From: Candidatus Bathyarchaeota archaeon
Lineage (GTDB): Archaea > Thermoproteota > Bathyarchaeia > Bathyarchaeales > Bathycorpusculaceae
NCBI GenBank assembly: GCA_963815095.1
Contig: CAWFFH010000003.1
Location: forward strand, 736,001 to 800,000
Length of the DNA stretch: 64,000 nt
Reading direction: 5' to 3'
This document shows, piece by piece, positions 28,843-38,328 of this stretch. The position numbers and the translations under genes were made by a program. Under the pieces are notes generated by a model that was not told where the DNA came from, did no database searches, and saw only the letters and a program-made list of their open reading frames with translations. Each line of letters begins with the position of its first letter. Position 1 is the stretch's first letter.

Positions 28843-29336
28843 CTAAAAATTCTTTTGGGAGCCAGCGTTGCGTTGACTATCCGTATCATCACTTAATGCT
28901 AGTAAAGCTTCCTTAGTATGCTTATTGAAATGAAGTTGTGAGACAAAAACGTGCTTAACGATGCCTTTCTTATCTATGACGAAGGTGACTCTTCCAGGAA
29001 CCCCGAGAGTTGGTGAAACGCCATATAAGTTTCTAACTTTGTTATCGGCATCACTCAATAATATATACGGCAGATTATGGTGATTGGCAAAGCTCTTATG
29101 CGATTCCACACTTTGGGCACTTATGCCAATTACTTCCGCATTCTTTTCTTTGAAGGTTTCATAGTTATCTCTGAACGTCTCTCTGCTTCTTTACAGCAAG
29201 TAGGTCCTTCATCCCTCGGATAGAAGAAAAGAACAACATTCTTTTTTCCTAAAAACTGTGACAAAATAGTATTCTCACCAGTGCTTGATTGAAGAGTAAA
29301 ATCTGGCGCTCTGTCTCCCAATTTGATTTTAACCAT
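28843..29336 (-). pseudogene. bcp: Bcp/PrxQ peroxiredoxin, frameshifted
   Basis: GDRAPDFTL..VVLFFYP..C.KEA joins TFRDNYE..VIGIS..SHKSF..GRVTFVID if 2 nt of the AG repeat at about 29179-29183 are removed. Confidence 0.8.
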
Positions 29337-29507
29337 ACTCTTACCTACTTAGTGCTCATATGAAAATTAATCGGTAATAAAAGAATTTGAGTGTCATTTG
29401 TCTTGCCTTTTAATTATCACTATCAGACTTCAGAACACAATTTGATTGCCTAAAATATCTGAATTATGATAAATGACTGAATTTTTTTATGATTTTGACC
29501 TCACTTT

Positions 29508-30098
29508 TTAGGTATGTGTTTTTGGTGATAATTTTGCAATTAACTCATAATGATATGGTCCTGCATCAGTCTGTTTTACAACAGTAAAGCCACTCTCTGA
29601 AAGAATCTGCTTAGCCTCATCTTCGGATAGTCGGCTTTCTAGTGGTGGCCCATGCTCTGTTTGAATCTTTTTCCAGTCTACATCAACGATATTTGCTGTG
29701 AGTTTAGATATGCGTTTGACTTCTTGAAAGAAAGCTTTCCTGTCGGATACTTCATGAAGAACGTTCGCAAAGAGGACGAGGTCGACAGATTCTTTAGGAA
29801 TTCCCGTGTTGCACACATCACTATCTACAATTCTGATGACTCTTGGATTCATTTTTGACTTAGCAATGTTTTCCTTCAAGGTGTTCAGCATATTCTGATT
29901 ACTGTCAACGGCATATACGAGACCTTTTTCGCCAGTTATCTGAGCCATTGGTATAGTAAAAAAGCCCGGTCCTGAGCCTAGGTCAGCCATAGTCATTCCT
30001 TCCGTTACCCCAGCGTATTTTAAGATGTTTTCTGGATTATGCCATTGCTTTCTTTCTTCGGACATTAAGAACTTTGCAAGATCACTATGATTTTCCAT
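29508..30098 (-). CDS. Class I SAM-dependent methyltransferase
   Basis: ADLGSGPGFF, YAVD, VDLV..NVLHE and GPP. Confidence 0.88.
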   Translation of the reverse strand: MENHSDLAKFLMSEERKQWHNPENILKYAGVTEGMTMADLGSGPGFFTIPMAQITGEKGLVYAVDSNQNMLNTLKENIAKSKMNPRVIRIVDSDVCNTGIPKESVDLVLFANVLHEVSDRKAFFQEVKRISKLTANIVDVDWKKIQTEHGPPLESRLSEDEAKQILSESGFTVVKQTDAGPYHYELIAKLSPKTHT

Positions 30099-30213
30099 TG
30101 CTAACTCCTCTATTGTTTATGCGAAAATCAATCGAGTATTAATGTACACTGGTCGAAAAATTATTTAGCAAGGGAAATAAACAAGGACTGGTAGCACTAG
30201 ATCGGTTTTCAAT

Positions 30214-30594
30214 ATGCGATGTGACCGTTGTAGTTTAGAGCTCAATGAAGGCGAAGGTTATGATCTTCATGGAAAATACCTCTGTGAGGACTGTTATATG
30301 TTTGAAACTAATCCGCCTAAGGCCTGTGACCCCATGGCGGTGTCATCAGCCTTGTCTGTGCGAAAACAATTAGGTCCATCAGGCAACTCTGGCTTAACTG
30401 AATTTCAGCAAAAAATCTATGACACAATTGAGAAATACGGCAAAATTACAAAAGAAGATTTAATCAAGACCCTAAACGTCAAACCAGAACAGTTGGAGCA
30501 AGAGTTTGCTTTCTTTAGGCATTGCGAATTACTCCGTGCTTTCAGAGAAGACGGCAAAATTTATTTCACGAAGTGGGAAACAAAAAACGCTTGA
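30214..30594 (+). CDS. Zn-finger plus wHTH hypothetical protein
   Basis: CDRC...LCEDC...ACDP.AV; C-terminal helical/wHTH-like part ending in RHCEL. Confidence 0.7.
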   Translation: MRCDRCSLELNEGEGYDLHGKYLCEDCYMFETNPPKACDPMAVSSALSVRKQLGPSGNSGLTEFQQKIYDTIEKYGKITKEDLIKTLNVKPEQLEQEFAFFRHCELLRAFREDGKIYFTKWETKNA

Positions 30595-30656
30595 AGTTTT
30601 GACCCTTAGAAAAAAGAGCTTGCCACATTTTATCTAAACTGGAGTCAAAAGATGAT

Positions 30657-31016
30657 TCAAGGCGTTAACTGCAATTCTGAAACTCTTTTTTGCACTATGT
30701 CTGCCAACTCTTCTCTCAGAGTCTCTTCTGGAATTTTCTTGTCTAATTTGTCGATTGTTTGTGCGAGTTCCTTATCGCCGATTGTAGTTCTTAGCCATTT
30801 TGGGAAATCCCCACGGTCAAAGTGGAATTTGATTGATTGTTCATCGACACTTCCAAGGTCTCTTAAGAATGAACATAGAGACATTGCTGTTTCACCAGTA
30901 TAGTGGCCGTCCGGCATAAAGAAGTGGAAGCCCTGAGCATAGGGAACTTGACGGAGAATTTTCTGAGCGGCTTCCGCAGTTAAACTATTCCGAGTATTAA
31001 CCAAGATAACTACCAA
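30657..31016 (-). CDS. DUF5752-like protein
   Basis: GFHF...TGETA.SL...SIKFHFDRGDF.KWL..IGD.ELA. Confidence 0.65.
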   Translation of the reverse strand: MVVILVNTRNSLTAEAAQKILRQVPYAQGFHFFMPDGHYTGETAMSLCSFLRDLGSVDEQSIKFHFDRGDFPKWLRTTIGDKELAQTIDKLDKKIPEETLREELADIVQKRVSELQLTP

Positions 31017-31086
31017 CAGATAATTATCAAAGCACCAAACTTAAAGTTGTTTTGGCTACAGCTTTCGCTAACGTAAAAAGGAAAAG

Positions 31087-31623
31087 TTAAAGCAGCTTAC
31101 CTATTCGCTTTGAGTCATCTTTAATGATTTGCAGCTGTTCGGCAGAAGGCTTTCCTCTAATATCACCTAGTCTACCTATTGTGCTATACTCAATTGAGCC
31201 GTGAAATTCGCTGAGAACGTACCATTCATCAATAATGTTAAAGCCTATGTGCTCAAAGTATTGTTGTATATCTTTGCCTACCGGAGTTGCCTCGTCGATT
31301 CCTGTATGTGGTCCAGAGTAAGTTATGAAAACCAGAGCGTTTTTACCTGGAACTTTAGGAGATGATGGCTTGATTTTACCAATTTGACGGTATTCAGCGA
31401 ATTTTTTCTTGAGGAAGTTTGTCATAGGTTCAGGAGGATGCCATGAGTACGATGGGCAACCTAGGCAAACTAAATCATAGTCAAAATAATCAAGCGCTTC
31501 TGCTTCTTCGGGCTTCTTAATGGTTACTTTGAGGCTAGCTTCTTCTAGCCCTTGTTTAATTGCGTTAGCGACTTTCTCGGTGTTACCAGTTTTAGACCAA
31601 TAGATTATCAGTGCAGTTTTCAT
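31087..31623 (-). CDS. Flavodoxin-family protein
   Basis: IIYWSKTGNTEKVA and LGCPSY. Confidence 0.88.
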   Translation of the reverse strand: MKTALIIYWSKTGNTEKVANAIKQGLEEASLKVTIKKPEEAEALDYFDYDLVCLGCPSYSWHPPEPMTNFLKKKFAEYRQIGKIKPSSPKVPGKNALVFITYSGPHTGIDEATPVGKDIQQYFEHIGFNIIDEWYVLSEFHGSIEYSTIGRLGDIRGKPSAEQLQIIKDDSKRIGKLL

Positions 31624-31640
31624 TTCTTGATTCCTGACTT

Positions 31641-32057
31641 TTACTCTGTTTTCCCTTCAAATTCAACCTTTACAGGGGTTGGTTCTTTAAAGATAAACAG
31701 CACAGGACAGTTTGCTTCCGTTCTTCTCCAAGCTGCTTCCACGAGTTCTTTTCGTGCTTTGGAAACTACATTGACTTTCATCGTTAATCCACTAATCATA
31801 GGCGAATCTGGAGATTTATCCGCTTCAACAGTTACTTCGGCTTTGCTTAGTACTATGTTGCTTTTTTTGCACACGTCAGCGAAAATGGTGACACCGCAAT
31901 CAGCTAAAGCCATCAGACTAAGCTCGAGTGCTGTGGCGCCGCTGTCTGTTCCGCCGGCTGGTGTAGCTAGGTCGCATACGACGCTATGTGTCCTTTGGTT
32001 ATCTACTATTGAACGAACGTTTTCAACCCATGTTGCTTTTGCTTTTACTTTCGGCAT
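31641..32057 (-). CDS. OsmC family protein
   Basis: GGTDSGATALEL..ALADC...NCPV. Confidence 0.85.
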   Translation of the reverse strand: MPKVKAKATWVENVRSIVDNQRTHSVVCDLATPAGGTDSGATALELSLMALADCGVTIFADVCKKSNIVLSKAEVTVEADKSPDSPMISGLTMKVNVVSKARKELVEAAWRRTEANCPVLFIFKEPTPVKVEFEGKTE

Positions 32058-32104
32058 ACCATTTCACCATTAGTCTTATCTTGGGTTTGGATTTAAATTT
32101 AAGG

Positions 32105-32485
32105 CTAATGCTCGTGGTGGTGCGCGTGTTCACATGCGCCTACTAAGGCAGTTAGTTTACCCTCTTTGAAGCTTTTAATTATTTCCTTTACCGTTGTTCC
32201 GGTGGCTTTGAGTACATTTATGCCCGCTTCTTGAAGGCTGCTTAAACAACCAGGTCCCATGCCTTTCACAACAAAAATATTCGGTTTTAAGGCTAAGAGA
32301 TGCTCGTGTGGATGCCCAGTGCCCCCAACGTGTTCTCCTTTGTTAACTTCCGTTTGTAGCCCTATGTCGTTGTTTTTCTCATCCAAGTCCACAATAGTGT
32401 AGTATGGTGCTCTTCCGAAATGTTCGGCTAAATGGGCGTCTAAACCCGATTTGTCTTCTGTTGGAATTACTATTCTTTTAGTCAT
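32105..32485 (-). CDS. NifB/NifX (MTH1175-like) family protein with His-rich tail
   Basis: HFGRAPYY, GMGP and tail CEHAHHHEH. Confidence 0.88.
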   Translation of the reverse strand: MTKRIVIPTEDKSGLDAHLAEHFGRAPYYTIVDLDEKNNDIGLQTEVNKGEHVGGTGHPHEHLLALKPNIFVVKGMGPGCLSSLQEAGINVLKATGTTVKEIIKSFKEGKLTALVGACEHAHHHEH

Positions 32486-32520
32486 TTTTTTTCCTCTTGT
32501 TTAGAGTTTCTCAAGTCATA

Positions 32521-32566
32521 GTTTAGGTACTAAACAGTATTAATAGTTTTTGTTTATAAAACAAAC
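32521..32566. promoter_or_regulatory. Operator pair flanking TATTAATA (copy 1)
   Basis: GTTTAGGTACTAAAC, then TATTAATA, then GTTTATAAAACAAAC; boxes start 31 bp apart. Confidence 0.75.
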
Positions 32567-32602
32567 ATATTGCTGGTTCATAAGCAGATTAATCCTCTGA
32601 CC

Positions 32603-33886
32603 TTAAATTTTTTCAGGGTCAATAGCTTTCTGGTTCTCTTGTTGCGTTTCAGTTGGAGCAACCATTCTTTCAAGCGAGTTTTTAGTCATAAGGCGAACTG
32701 CTTCTTTAATTTCCATGGATTTTGGAAGAGTATAAACTTGGATTAGATTGTCTCCTAACATGTGGAACGGTCCTTCTCCAATTGCTCCCGCCAATGCAAC
32801 ATCGACATTTTCTTTAATCAAAAGATTTGCGGCTTGTATACCCTTTTTATGAGTCAATTTTGAGCCTTCATTAGCCCTAACATAAAAATTAAGTATTTGC
32901 CCCTCCTTGATGTCTAACAAAATAAAATAAGGTGCGTTTCCAAAATGAAGGCTAACTAAAGAAGCTAAGCCTTTATCTTGTACAATTGGAACAGCAATCC
33001 TAGTTTTTTCTCTATGTGCAAGCCCCACATGAACAGTAATCAATTCCAAATCTTTGAAATGCTCCCTAATTCTTGTTTCAACAATTTCCGATATCATGTG
33101 CGCTTTTTCCAAAGAAAGTCCATCTTGCATCTCCACATGCATCTCGCCAAAGAAAACAGGACCCGATTTTCGTAAGCGAATTTCATGTGCCCCCTCAACT
33201 CCAGGCACACCTTCAGCTATAATTCTCATTTCTTTAACTCTTTGTGGACTAGGTGAAACATCCAACAAAACTAGCACTGCATCTTTTCCAAACAACAATC
33301 CTCTTGCCAACACGTAAGCGCCAATTATAAAGCCAATTAGAGCCTCACCAAATTGAAAACCAATAAGAGCTAGGAAAACTCCAAGAAAAACCAGCAAAGA
33401 GGTGTAAACGTCTATCTTAGAATGCAAGCCTTCGCTGATTAATGCTAGTGAACCAATTTGATGGCCAACTTTAGTCTTATACCTAGCCAATAGGTAATAG
33501 ACTATTGTTGATACCGCTGATACAACGAGAGCTATATCCAAGAAGGAGACTACATAGACCTCAAAAAACTTCTGAAAAGACTCTACCATAATTAAAATGC
33601 TCGATACGATAATTATTGTTGACACAATTAACAACGCAAATGTCTCTGCCTTATAGTATCCATAAGGAAACCTCTCAGTTGGCTTCTTTCTGGCGATTCT
33701 TAGTCCGGCCCATACTGCAATAGAAGTTAAAACATCCGAAAAAGAATCAATTGTGCCTGCCAAGAGAGCAACACTCCCACTTGTAAACGACACAATTCCT
33801 CTCAGTATACCGAGCGCTAACAGAATAATCGTGGAAAGCTTCGCTGCTTTTTCTCCCTTTTTAAACGAAAGCCTACTTTCACCCAT
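32603..33886 (-). CDS. Cation diffusion facilitator fused to a C-terminal NifX-like domain
   Basis: SVALLA..DS.SD, FPYGYYKAE and HSKID; C-terminal SLHFGNAPYF..IGEGP. Confidence 0.88.
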   Translation of the reverse strand: MGESRLSFKKGEKAAKLSTIILLALGILRGIVSFTSGSVALLAGTIDSFSDVLTSIAVWAGLRIARKKPTERFPYGYYKAETFALLIVSTIIIVSSILIMVESFQKFFEVYVVSFLDIALVVSAVSTIVYYLLARYKTKVGHQIGSLALISEGLHSKIDVYTSLLVFLGVFLALIGFQFGEALIGFIIGAYVLARGLLFGKDAVLVLLDVSPSPQRVKEMRIIAEGVPGVEGAHEIRLRKSGPVFFGEMHVEMQDGLSLEKAHMISEIVETRIREHFKDLELITVHVGLAHREKTRIAVPIVQDKGLASLVSLHFGNAPYFILLDIKEGQILNFYVRANEGSKLTHKKGIQAANLLIKENVDVALAGAIGEGPFHMLGDNLIQVYTLPKSMEIKEAVRLMTKNSLERMVAPTETQQENQKAIDPEKI

Positions 33887-33917
33887 TTCTAACTCTCCCG
33901 CATTTAGAACGCAAAAA

Positions 33918-34793
33918 TTAATCGATAGAAAGCCCCAAGAAGAGAGATAATTTTTTCCACATGCGCATTATTTCTTCTGTTACTTTAAGCTCGGGAGCAT
34001 ATTCAACAATAGTCTTTCCGTTAACCATGGCCTTGGTAACCTCTGAACTGAACAGGATTTTGCCTACCACAGCAATCCCTTTTTCCTTACAGAAACTCAA
34101 GATTTTATTCGTGTTCTCAGCGTTTATGTCATACATGTTTACACATACGAAGGGCGTGACGTTGAAATGCGTTAGCAACTGAAAAACTCTGCCAAGGTCA
34201 TGAATACCGGATAGCGTTGGTTCAGTAACTATCAAACAAGCATCTACTCCTGAAATCGACGCTATAACTGGGCAACCGATCCCTGGCGAACCATCGATTA
34301 TTATTAAATCACTGTTTTCTTTTGAAGCTACGATTTTAGCGTTCTGTCTAACCAATGTAACAAGTTTTCCAGAATTAGATTCACCTGGATTAAGGAGGGC
34401 ATGGGACATATAACCGTATTTTGTTTTTGAGATGTAAGCATTCCCCGAGTTTCGCTCAACTAAAGTTATGGCACTTGCTGGACAAGTTATGGTGCAGACA
34501 CCGCATCCTTCACAGGCAATACTGTCGATAATAATGTGCTCTGTTATAGCGCCGAACCTACATTGCCCTTGGCATAAACCACAGTTAGTACACTTTGTTT
34601 CATCTATATATGCAATTTTTGAACCCTTGAACTCTTGAGTTTGAATTACTTTTGGATGCAAAAGCAAATGAAGATCAGGCGCATCCACATCACAATCAGC
34701 TACAACCAGGTTTTTGGCCAAAACAGCGAAGGATGCAGTTATGGTTGTTTTGCCCGTTCCACCTTTACCGCTTAAGATCGTTAACTGTTTCAT
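33918..34793 (-). CDS. MinD-type P-loop ATPase with 4Fe-4S insert
   Basis: SGKGGTGKT, DCDVDAP, two CxxCxxC, DGSPGIGCP and VTEPT. Confidence 0.9.
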   Translation of the reverse strand: MKQLTILSGKGGTGKTTITASFAVLAKNLVVADCDVDAPDLHLLLHPKVIQTQEFKGSKIAYIDETKCTNCGLCQGQCRFGAITEHIIIDSIACEGCGVCTITCPASAITLVERNSGNAYISKTKYGYMSHALLNPGESNSGKLVTLVRQNAKIVASKENSDLIIIDGSPGIGCPVIASISGVDACLIVTEPTLSGIHDLGRVFQLLTHFNVTPFVCVNMYDINAENTNKILSFCKEKGIAVVGKILFSSEVTKAMVNGKTIVEYAPELKVTEEIMRMWKKLSLFLGLSID

Positions 34794-35626
34794 TTACCAA
34801 CAATCCCCCGTATATCACTAAATACCACTTGAAATTTTGTTCCCCACTCGGGCATTTCAAAAATAAATGGTGTGCCTTTCGAATACAATTCGGCTATTCT
34901 TCTTTGATATGGAATTTCTAACAATACTTGGATATTTTCTTCCCTACAATAATCGTAGACTTCTCTGTTACCTATTCCTGCACGGTTAACTATCACACCG
35001 AAAGGAATTGTCATTTTTCTTAAGACCTGAACAGCAATTTTAAGGTCATGCAAACCAAAAGGTGTAGGTTCAGTCACAAGAATACAGAAATCACTGTCTC
35101 TAACGGTTTCAACGAAGGGACAGGAAGTTCCCGGCGGCGAGTCAATAATGACATTTCTTTTCTTATCAATTTGTTTTTTAACCGCTTTTATGACTGGGAC
35201 GGCCATGGGTTTACCCACCTCTAGTTCTCCATAAACCAGCATCAAATCGTCGGTCGAGCAAAAATTAAGCATTCCGATTCTATGTTTTTCCTCAGTGATT
35301 GCTTTTTTAGGGCATACTATTGCACATCCACCGCAACTATGGCAAATCTCTGGGAAAACAAGAATCTTTTCTTTAAAAGCAAAAATAGCGTTATATCGAC
35401 AAAACTTAGAGCACTGTCCACAGTAATCACACAATTCTTCAGCAATTTTTGGAATCATTGTGTAAACTTGCTCTGTCTTGTTTAATTTTGGATGCAAAAG
35501 CAGGTATGCATTTGGCTCTTCAACATCACAGTCCAGAAGTTGAGTCGATCCGATTGAAAGCGCCAAGTTTATAGCTACAGATGTTTTTCCCGTACCGCCT
35601 TTACCACTAGCAACCGTTATAATCAT
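34790..35626 (-). CDS. MinD-type P-loop ATPase with 4Fe-4S insert (paralog)
   Basis: SGKGGTGKT, DCDVEEPN, two CxxCxxC, DSPPGTSCP and TEPTPFGLHD. Confidence 0.9.
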   Translation of the reverse strand: MIITVASGKGGTGKTSVAINLALSIGSTQLLDCDVEEPNAYLLLHPKLNKTEQVYTMIPKIAEELCDYCGQCSKFCRYNAIFAFKEKILVFPEICHSCGGCAIVCPKKAITEEKHRIGMLNFCSTDDLMLVYGELEVGKPMAVPVIKAVKKQIDKKRNVIIDSPPGTSCPFVETVRDSDFCILVTEPTPFGLHDLKIAVQVLRKMTIPFGVIVNRAGIGNREVYDYCREENIQVLLEIPYQRRIAELYSKGTPFIFEMPEWGTKFQVVFSDIRGIVGK

Positions 35627-35667
35627 TAGATATCAACACCCAAGACTTTTTAAAAAAGAAATAAATA

Positions 35668-36087
35668 TCATTGCTTGGTGTTTCCGTTTATCTTTTCATA
35701 TTCAGCGATGACTTTCTGCAGAGTTCTTATAGCTAATACGGCACACTCTTGCTTTGTATCTGGTAGACCACCCATCGCATTAACTATGTCTTCTTCAGTT
35801 ATCCTCTTTACTTCACTGAGAGGTTTGCCTTTAATAAAAATAGTCAACGCCGACATTGCTACTACTGAAATAGTGTGACCATAACAGAGGAATTTAGCGT
35901 TTTCAACGGTTTCATTGTTGAATTTTAGGTAAAGTCTTATTAAGTCACCAGATGGACCAAGAAGTACTGCGTCTGCATCTTGGTTTTCGATTACGCCAAC
36001 GTTTACTTTGTTCTCATATAATTCAATGGCTCTGCTAGAAAAACCTAATTCAATAAGCTGTTTAGTTTCTGTTATGTGGTCAGTCAT
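35668..36087 (-). CDS. IscU/NifU-N-like scaffold with degenerate ligands
   Basis: NVGVIE.., GPSGD, AKFLCYGH and GGLP..KQECAVLA. Confidence 0.75.
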   Translation of the reverse strand: MTDHITETKQLIELGFSSRAIELYENKVNVGVIENQDADAVLLGPSGDLIRLYLKFNNETVENAKFLCYGHTISVVAMSALTIFIKGKPLSEVKRITEEDIVNAMGGLPDTKQECAVLAIRTLQKVIAEYEKINGNTKQ

Positions 36088-36203
36088 AGTATCTCTCAGA
36101 AAAATCGAGTTTGGTTAAAATAGTCATATGGGTGACCTTCAGTTAGTTGTAAGTTTATCCTTTTCTTGGTTGGTAAATATAATCATATACCGCGGTTCTG
36201 GCA

Positions 36204-36584
36204 TCATTCAACACCAAAATGGCCTCTTACGGTAGGCAAACCGGTTTTGAGCAATTCACCTTTCTTGAACTTCTCAACTACTTCTATGATTGTCCCGGAA
36301 GCATTTGTCATTATTTCTATACCTGCCGCAGATAATGCTCTGAAAGCGTTGGGTCCAACATTTCCAGTTATGAGCACTTTTACTCCTTTGTTTGCTATTG
36401 TTTGTGCGGCATGGATTCCTGCGCCTTCTTTTGTGCCTGCTGCCAAGTTTAGGATGACTTCAAATTGCATAGTTTCTGTATCTATAATTATTAGGTATGG
36501 ACATCTTCCGAATCGAGGGTCTAATTGGTCTTCTAAATTGTTTCCAGATGAACTTACACATATTTTCAAATATCTAATCTCCAT
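36204..36584 (-). CDS. NifB/NifX (Orange protein-like) family protein
   Basis: DPRFGRCPY, GAGIHAAQ and ITGNVGPNA. Confidence 0.9.
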   Translation of the reverse strand: MEIRYLKICVSSSGNNLEDQLDPRFGRCPYLIIIDTETMQFEVILNLAAGTKEGAGIHAAQTIANKGVKVLITGNVGPNAFRALSAAGIEIMTNASGTIIEVVEKFKKGELLKTGLPTVRGHFGVE

Positions 36585-36588
36585 TTTT

Positions 36589-37500
36589 TTAATCTAACTT
36601 ACCTTTTGCGAGAAACTGCTCTGTTTTCTTGACTATTTTATTGAAAGCTTTAGCTGTAGGTTCGTCGGGATTCGCTGCTATGAAAGGCGTTCCACTGTCA
36701 GAGGTATCACATACTTTGGGGTCTATGGGTATATTTCCTAAGTAGGGTACAGACAAGTCTCTCGCTATTCTTTTACCCCCTCCAGACTTGAAAATATCGA
36801 TTTTTTTTCCGCAATCAGGGCAAACAAACCCGCTTAGGTTCTCGATGATTCCAATTATTGGGACACCTATTTGCTTGGCGAAAGTTACTGATTTTTTTAC
36901 GACTGCTTCTGAAACTTCAGAAGGCATAGTAACTATGACCACGCCATCCATGTTGGGTATTAACTGCAAAATTGTTAGTGGTTCATCTCCAGTTCCAGGC
37001 GGCAAATCGACTAAGAGAAAATCAAGTTCACCCCAACTTATGTCAGAGAGGAACTGTTGGATAATCCTCATCTTTAATGGACCGCGCCAAATGACTGGTG
37101 TTTCATCGTTTTTGAGCAAAAAGTCCATTGAGGCTACACTTATTCCTAGCTTTCCTGTAGCTGGCATGAGTGTTCCGTCCGGGTTTCCTTTGAAAGTTTG
37201 ACCTTTTAGACCAAGCATCTTTGGTATACAAGGTCCATGAATGTCTGCGTCTATAATCCCCACTTTTCTGCCTTGCATTGCGAAGGCCATGGCTAGATTG
37301 GCTGTTATGGTGCTTTTTCCTACTCCGCCTTTTCCGCTTATAACTGCGATTTTATACTTGATTTTTTTGAGTTGCTGTTTTATTTTTTGTTCTGTTTCGT
37401 TTTGTTCTTTTTTGGGGTCGTTGCATTGATTTGAGGTAGTGCATGAATCGCATTCTTCGTTACATTCGTCTTTGACTTTTTGTTTGAGAGTAATTGTCAT
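36589..37500 (-). CDS. mrp: Mrp/NBP35 Fe-S carrier ATPase
   Basis: N-terminal CNEECDSC..C; SGKGGVGKST, IWRGP, DLPPGTGDE and ENLS..CPDC. Confidence 0.93.
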   Translation of the reverse strand: MTITLKQKVKDECNEECDSCTTSNQCNDPKKEQNETEQKIKQQLKKIKYKIAVISGKGGVGKSTITANLAMAFAMQGRKVGIIDADIHGPCIPKMLGLKGQTFKGNPDGTLMPATGKLGISVASMDFLLKNDETPVIWRGPLKMRIIQQFLSDISWGELDFLLVDLPPGTGDEPLTILQLIPNMDGVVIVTMPSEVSEAVVKKSVTFAKQIGVPIIGIIENLSGFVCPDCGKKIDIFKSGGGKRIARDLSVPYLGNIPIDPKVCDTSDSGTPFIAANPDEPTAKAFNKIVKKTEQFLAKGKLD

Positions 37501-37523
37501 TTCCAACCACTTATGCTGTAAGA

Positions 37524-37569
37524 GTTTAATAAATAAATGATATTAATATGTTTTGTTTAATAAATAAAC
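37524..37569. promoter_or_regulatory. Operator pair flanking TATTAATA (copy 2)
   Basis: GTTTAATAAATAAAT, then TATTAATA, then GTTTAATAAATAAAC; 31-bp spacing. Confidence 0.75.
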
Positions 37570-37688
37570 CAACTGTCTGAATGAAGCAGCCCCAGCAGTA
37601 CTGCTAAGGGCCTGGTTCTGATGAAAAACATTGATCTCTTCCTATTTCCAAAGTATTCAACGGGTTCGCCTTCAACGTTCTGGAAAGA

Positions 37689-37734
37689 GTTTAATAGATA
37701 AACCTTATTAATAGTTTATGTTTATAAAATAAAC
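37689..37734. promoter_or_regulatory. Operator pair flanking TATTAATA (copy 3)
   Basis: GTTTAATAGATAAAC, then TATTAATA, then GTTTATAAAATAAAC; 31-bp spacing; ends 1 nt before the Lrp start. Confidence 0.75.
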
Positions 37735-37735
37735 A

Positions 37736-38314
37736 GTGAAGACTTTGGATGAAATAGACAAAAAAATAATCGCGCAACTCCAAGTAGACGGTCGGACAAC
37801 ATTACAAGACTTGGCCAAAAAAACAGGTTTCTCAAGTATGGGAACTAAGAAAAGGCTTGAAAGGCTCATAAAAAATCAAACGATAAAAGTATCAGCCCTG
37901 ATTAATCCGAATGTCCTCAAACTTCATCCAGCAATTGTGATGCTGGAAATGGAAAGTGCAGAGGCAATGCAGAACGTTCTAGACCGCTTCGAAGAATGTC
38001 CTCGTATTATCCAAATATTCAAAACGATGGGAGGTTACAACTTGATCGCACTTGTTGTCGCAGAAACAAAAGAAACCCTTGAGAACATATCAATGGAGAA
38101 ATGCTCGCTTAGATGCAGTAAAGGAATCCGGCGCTCAGAATTTTACCCAATAAGCGAAACATATTTTTCGCCGTTTTTACAGATAAGGGAAAGCCTCGCC
38201 CATAAAGAAAACAAGGTTTCACCATGCAAAGTCGACTGCACCCCCTGCAACCGATTTGAAAATCAAAAATGTGTTGGCTGCCCAACAACAAGTCAGTACA
38301 AAGGGACGCTCTAA
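37736..38314 (+). CDS. Lrp/AsnC regulator with C-terminal Cys cluster
   Basis: LDEIDKKII..LQ.DGR HTH and RAM domain; tail PCKVDCTPC...KCVGCP. Confidence 0.88.
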   Translation: MKTLDEIDKKIIAQLQVDGRTTLQDLAKKTGFSSMGTKKRLERLIKNQTIKVSALINPNVLKLHPAIVMLEMESAEAMQNVLDRFEECPRIIQIFKTMGGYNLIALVVAETKETLENISMEKCSLRCSKGIRRSEFYPISETYFSPFLQIRESLAHKENKVSPCKVDCTPCNRFENQKCVGCPTTSQYKGTL

Positions 38315-38328
38315 AGAAGGGTGCCTGA

